Assembly (NCBI GenBank): GCA_004764695.1
Contig: SMSO01000034.1
Span: 1,860,001-1,924,000 of the forward strand
DNA: 64,000 bases
DNA from: Schizochytrium sp. TIO01
Taxonomy: Eukaryota; Protista; Bigyra: Labyrinthulomycetes
Reading direction: 5' to 3'
Each line of letters begins with the position of its first letter. Position 1 is the first letter of the stretch. Shown in pieces: positions 51,128 through 64,000 of this stretch. Position numbers and translations under genes: made by a program. The notes beneath the pieces were generated by a model. The model was not told where the DNA came from, ran no database searches, and saw nothing but the letters and a program-made list of their open reading frames with translations.

Positions 51128-52110
51128 TTAAAGCTCGGGGCGAGCTCTTAAAACACGAAAGATAGGAAGTGGGCTTTGTGGTAACTCGTTCTTCCCAGAC
51201 GCTGACTTTGAACCATTAATACAGCTCTGCTCATAGTTAAGAAGTGGTGCGGAATACACAATCATACGGTCGTCAGGACCAAGATCCAGCTTCCTTCTCT
51301 GTGATTCATATGCAGTCTTCAGTTTAAGATGCCTATCACTCAGTGTGCACTGTACAGCATGCACGGTACGACGCCCGCCAGGTCCATCTGAAAGTCTTGC
51401 ATCGCTTTCTATCCAGAGCAAATCAACAATTGGACATGTTGGATCCAACTGCTTGTACAAATATCCAACTTCCATTTCAGACGCTTTCACAAAGCGGTTC
51501 CAAATTACACTTGTACTTGTCTTATTACGAGGCGCGTATTGCACCTGCCCTGGTTCTAACCAATCAACAGATTGAAAAGGCGCGTGTCCCTTTCTTCCTA
51601 TGTTCTCCACTTTCGACCACCGCCATTGTAGACCTTTGCCTGAAATAAGATAGGTCTCAACCAACCTCTCCAACAACATTTGGTCACCGTGATCTTTGAA
51701 GGGATCAAGTTCATTAGGTATAGCTGACTTGAGATCAAAACAAAGCAGAAAGTACATATATGGTTAGTGAAAATTGAAAGAGTTGTCAATATTCAAAGGT
51801 CCCAGGAGCAGATATACGAGTGCTCCGTTGTGTCGACAATTTCAGATTGCAAAGAATATTTATGCATCTAAAATGGGAAGACTTTTCTTTTGGAGCAAGA
51901 CAATAATCATTTTATTTTCTAGGTATCCTTGACTGCAGAAAAGACAAAACAACTTGTAGAAGGAGAGAAGTGTAATATTGAACATTGCATAGAAGCTGAG
52001 TACAGCATGAGTGGTTCGTGTGGGGTATAAAGCTCCAAAATATTGTTGAAAGCCACGGTGAAGCGTCCGCGACTCATACAATCGGTGATTGATATGCAAA
52101 TTTGCGAAGT
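51128..52110 (-). pseudogene. Decayed Crinkler (CRN)/CR-effector-like gene with restriction-endonuclease-fold C-terminal domain
   Basis: LY...DPTCPIVDLLW...VHAVQCTLS..H fits the D..Q.T..H REase-like motif of CR effectors (family call from memory). The upstream part is broken into several frames. Confidence 0.45.
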
Positions 52111-52284
52111 TTCGTGCAAATGATTTAGTTGAATTAAAACAATGACAATCCCTTCAACGAGTGAGCAATCTGCTGTCGTATCTCGGTAGCATGTGCTAGA
52201 GGAAATTTAGATACTCACTTTTGCAAAACAAAATTGCAAACCTTGGAGTTGCTTTCCTTCAGTGCTAGGGCAAAAAATAAAAGG

Positions 52285-52291
52285 GAAAAAA
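52285..52291 (-). terminator. Pol III oligo-T terminator of the 5S gene
   Basis: A-run on + (T-run on -) right after the 5S 3' end, with further T-runs at 52272-52282. Confidence 0.75.
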
Positions 52292-52408
52292 CATTCAACA
52301 CCGGGGCTTCGCATGCAGTCCCCTATCATACTACTGACCCGGCCCTACGCGACTTTACTTCTCAGTGCGAATGAGATGAGGTGTTACCCGCGTGGTATGA
52401 TCGAATGT
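52290..52408 (-). rRNA. 5S rRNA gene
   Basis: Minus strand reads ACATTCGATCATACCACGCGGGTAACACCTCATCTCATTCGCACTGAGAAGTAAAGTCGCGTAGGGCCGGGTCAGTAGTATGATAGGGGACTGCATGCGAAGCCCCGGTGTTGAATGT. About 119 nt, complementary 5'/3' ends, 5S-type CATACC, AG..AAG and AGTA motifs, followed by a T-run. Confidence 0.92.
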
Positions 52409-52429
52409 ACTCGCAAATCGGTGCATACT

Positions 52430-52438
52430 CTATATATA
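52430..52438 (-). promoter_or_regulatory. TATA-like element about 22-30 nt upstream of the 5S start
   Basis: tatatata at 52431-52438, the position typical of upstream TATA elements of 5S genes. Confidence 0.5.
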
Positions 52439-52876
52439 CGTAGTATTAAACGGGTTGTTGTTTACTTTCTTTACTTCTATGGATATGTGATTCATAGCAG
52501 GTAGTGCTAAGAGGTAGTATTGCTGGAACTTCTGGAGCAACATTACTGCAGAGGATATTCCAGGAGTAGGCTAATAGGAATAGTCTTGAAAGAGCGAGAA
52601 AGAAAGGAGGTCAGCACATGCAGAACCCGAGGCTGAGTAGGGAAGGTTAGGTTCGTAATAGTAAAATATCCTTTCACTTCGAGAGCATATCTCCTTCTTA
52701 GGGAAAACCATAGTAACTCAGTAAGTCAGACCATGTGCACAACCCTGTCATCGACTTGCAGCTTTATGTCCAGCAGGTTCGAAACCTTCTACAACGACTG
52801 AGACTGTGCCACGAGCTTAGCTGAAGGGATACAAGCACGCGCACGCTGTTCCAGGTATAGATCTTTACTTGCTGCG

Positions 52877-60889
<8,013 letters not shown>

Positions 60890-62757
60890 ATCAAACCCTA
60901 AATCATTATCTTTGCCTTGTTGCTTGCATGTCAAACTGCATAAGTGTTATTATTTTGTAGATTCTCAGGAATATGAATGTGCTTGAAAATGTTCATCATC
61001 CTAACATAAAGCGTGATATGCTCTTTAATATATGTTTTCAATGATGACTGAGATCGACCATCACGGATCGGGTATGCAAGGGTCATAATCTGTTCTTTAC
61101 AAGATGGTGGAGTATAATACTTCATAAATATTCTGAAATTGTGATGGTGTGTTTGGAAGTCGGGTTCATCATCAGATTCCACACGCCAGAAGTATTGTTA
61201 TCATCGATCATTTTACTCGAGCTTTAGCCTTTTCAAATATGTATTTCATTTGTAGTCGTAATGAAACGTGGTTATGATTACTTAGAGGTATTTGGGGAAA
61301 TGTCTTAGATGATAGTAGTTAGTTAGTATTATGACTAGGGTTGTCTTGTTGAATGTGCTTGATAGATCCAAGTGCTTTTGTTCGCTTTGGTATTTCGGGT
61401 CTGCCTGCAGGTTTTACTTTGCAGACTCCTCTCGATGCTTGCTTGATTCCCTTCGTTCCATGGGTGAGTCGCGTGCAGTGTTATACATCATGCCATCATG
61501 ACACTTTTGACACTGTTGCGTCAGATGGGTGCTCCTCTTAACCTCGCAAAATCATGTCGCAAAGATGTATCTGTATTCCTTCTCAGTAGTCGGCATTCTC
61601 AAGTTCGAGAAGGCTAAATTTTATTATCTTAAAAACTATGAAAATGCAACTTCTGAAACATTATATCGGGGGATGCTTTCCGTGATATGCCACACAACTT
61701 TCCAATAATATCTGTGATTTAGTAACAAATGTCACGATAAAAAACGAGTAATGATGGGAACGCGAATGAATTCTTCAAAAGGGATGGTGTTGTCGTGCGT
61801 TGGAAGTAGACTGGGTTTTAGACCTTAATTTTTATTGAGAAATACCCAAGTTGATGTCTTACCCAAATCTAAATTCACCTAACCGAAATTTAAACAATCA
61901 AGCTGCCTGAATTTGGAAGCTCAATAATCTCAAGGATACTCTTTTCTCTTTCATGTTCTTCATCAAACCTCACCGATCGTTTTCTAGAGAAAGAATGAAA
62001 GCCTCGAACGAGTGGTTTGTGAACTTCGCTGCATATAGGCTCTAAGCAGCATGCTAGTTACGGCATTTTAATAAAACACTCCTGTTGTTTTAATTTCCTG
62101 AAACTAAGACTCTAGGAAGCGGCGGCAGAGGCTAGCTGAGTTGTCGATGAAAAAACAGTAAATTGCAGGACGAGAACCATCATAAACTAGATTTATATCT
62201 CCCAACAAGGTGATCGTTACATTTTCAGAGTTGCTCGGGCCCATTAATGTGAATACGTATTTCTCACCTGCCAGTATGTTTATCTCCATAGCAGTGGTAA
62301 AATAGGGTCATGCGATCAAAATATTCGGCTCAAAGCTTTTCTGAATAAATTTCTCAATCATAAAACTTCTATTATCGTTATGGTTTGTACATTCTTTGGC
62401 GACTCTAGGCACTGACAAATTTGCTGTACTATAGCTATAATCTTGCAATTAGAACAATTGTTATGGTTGATACACATTTACCAAAACAATAAAGACGTTG
62501 CAGTATTCTTAGCCGGGGATCATATGGTACAACACGACTTTCCAGTTTCGAAATAACGTTGTCTTCTAGATAACAGTGAGATAAGGCTAGCGTGAGAGTG
62601 AAGAGTGCTATAATGATGTTGAAGCAAGTGAGTATGATGATCGATGACGAATCTTAAGTCATGCTGACGAGATGTTCGATCTGTGAAGTCTATATGACAA
62701 ATCAAAGCAGCCATCACTGACTACAACTGGGTCTAAGAAGCTCGAACGTTTATGGTC

Positions 62758-62984
62758 TATTGCAGAGTAGCCTGAGCTGTGAAGCGTGGAGAGGTAGTCT
62801 GACAAGGATGACGAACTCAGGAGAAAGAGAAAGAGGATGATATATGAGTTATCGGGGTTTCAGGTCTGGATACAGGCAGGAATGAATGTATGATGTCAGT
62901 CCGGTACACAGGATGTGTCGGACATGAGGGCTTGGTTAGGTTAGGTTAGGTTAGGTTAGACAGTAGCTGTATATTACTTCAATA
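62758..62984 (-). mobile_element. 3' LTR of a Ty1/copia retrotransposon (family B)
   Basis: 227 bp with TATTG...CAATA inverted ends. Directly preceded on the minus strand by the polypurine tract GCGGGGGAG (62985-62993). Homologous to the solo LTR at 48381-48596. Confidence 0.85.
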
Positions 62985-62996
62985 CTCCCCCGCAAA

Positions 62997-64000
62997 TCAC
63001 GCGTCAGCACCTGAAGCATCAAGTAAGCGACTAGCGTGTTTCCAATGAGATGGTGCTGCAAGTGGTTTGGTGAGTAAATCAGCTATATTTTCTGTGCCTT
63101 TAACATGATGTACCTTGAGTAATTGGTTTTGTCTTCGATGAATCAGTACTGCAAGTTGTACTGCGAGATAACCATTTGTACCATTAACTTCTTCCTTTTT
63201 GATTGTGTTTACTAATGCTTGACAATCTATATATACCTGTATTTCATTGATGTAAATGTTCATGTCTGCTAAAAGTTGTCGAATGGATTCTGCTCTGAGA
63301 ACTCCGGCAACTGCAGCAATTAGTTCAGCTTCGTGAGTATTTCTTGCAACTGTAGACTGTTTGGTTGTTTTCCATACAACAGCACTATCATTTATCATAA
63401 CAACATATCCTGTAACACTACGACGAAGTTTGTCATGTGCCTTGCTGAAAGAAGCATCTGTATAGACGTTCAAAACAAGTTGTGCCTCTGAGTCCACGCC
63501 TTTGAGTGTTAGAGCTTTGTCCTTTGTGGCCTTGACATAACGGAATGCATGTTTAAGAGCTTGCATATGTTCCGCTCCATTCTTTTGACCATGACATGCA
63601 AGTTGGTGTAAAGTGTATGCCATATCCGGTCGAGTTTTTAGTAAATACATTAGAGTGCCGACAAGTGGACGATAGTGTTCATTCACAGAGTCGTCAGGAT
63701 GATCACTTAACTCTTTAAGGATGGATGGAGTTTTAGCTCCATTGCAGTTTTCCATATTACATCGCCTAAGGGCTTTTTCACAATACTCGCGTTGGCTGAT
63801 GGTACAGATCTTTCGTGACTTGTCATAGACATGTGTATCACTAAGATAATGGCATTGTTTTTCACGATTAACTTTGACGCCGACATTTTGTTCGAGTTCT
63901 TTGACAATCGCTTTTAGTGCTTGGGGTGTGCCAAAGATTCTCATGTCATCAACATGGATAGTCATTAGAAGATCTTTGCCAATAAAGAGTGATGCGTCCG
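62997..64000 (-). mobile_element. Ty1/copia pol, reverse transcriptase C-terminus plus RNase H (5'-truncated by window edge)
   Basis: HVDD catalytic motif, YRPLVGTLMYL..TRPDMAY, YTDASF, RRSVTGY, W.T.KQSTVA.NT.EAELIA, IDCQA and ENIADLLTKPL, in copia order and in an intact frame. Confidence 0.95.

Overview
Eukaryotic genomic DNA with spliceosomal introns, Ty1/copia LTR elements and many tetranucleotide microsatellites. The style suggests a thraustochytrid/labyrinthulomycete stramenopile, but that is inference. About 8-44 kb holds mostly intron-poor housekeeping genes: CTR9, a large acidic protein with a possible VPS9-like C-terminus, a NELF-A-like protein, mitoribosomal mL41, ARL5-like GTPase, UNC-45, an LCM-type methyltransferase-like protein, SPCS1 (3 exons, only partly captured by the ORF track), a PITH-domain protein, TRAPPC2/sedlin and an acyl-CoA dehydrogenase. 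From about 45 kb the window is an accessory, TE-rich zone: a multi-TM orphan, solo LTRs, a decayed Crinkler/REase-like gene, a lone 5S rRNA gene and the 3' end of a copia element. The standout is a hidden 21-exon gene at 52877-60889 (+), which the ORF track does not recover as a gene. It has 19 consecutive 84-nt phase-2/2 exons, each coding one 28-aa RI/NLR-type leucine-rich repeat, inside a tandem array of ~360-390 bp exon+intron units. The introns are strongly homogenised, yet the codons for the predicted ligand-facing LRR residues are hypervariable and the units are mosaics of one another. This looks like a modular, recombination- or splicing-diversified receptor system, a candidate immune/recognition locus.
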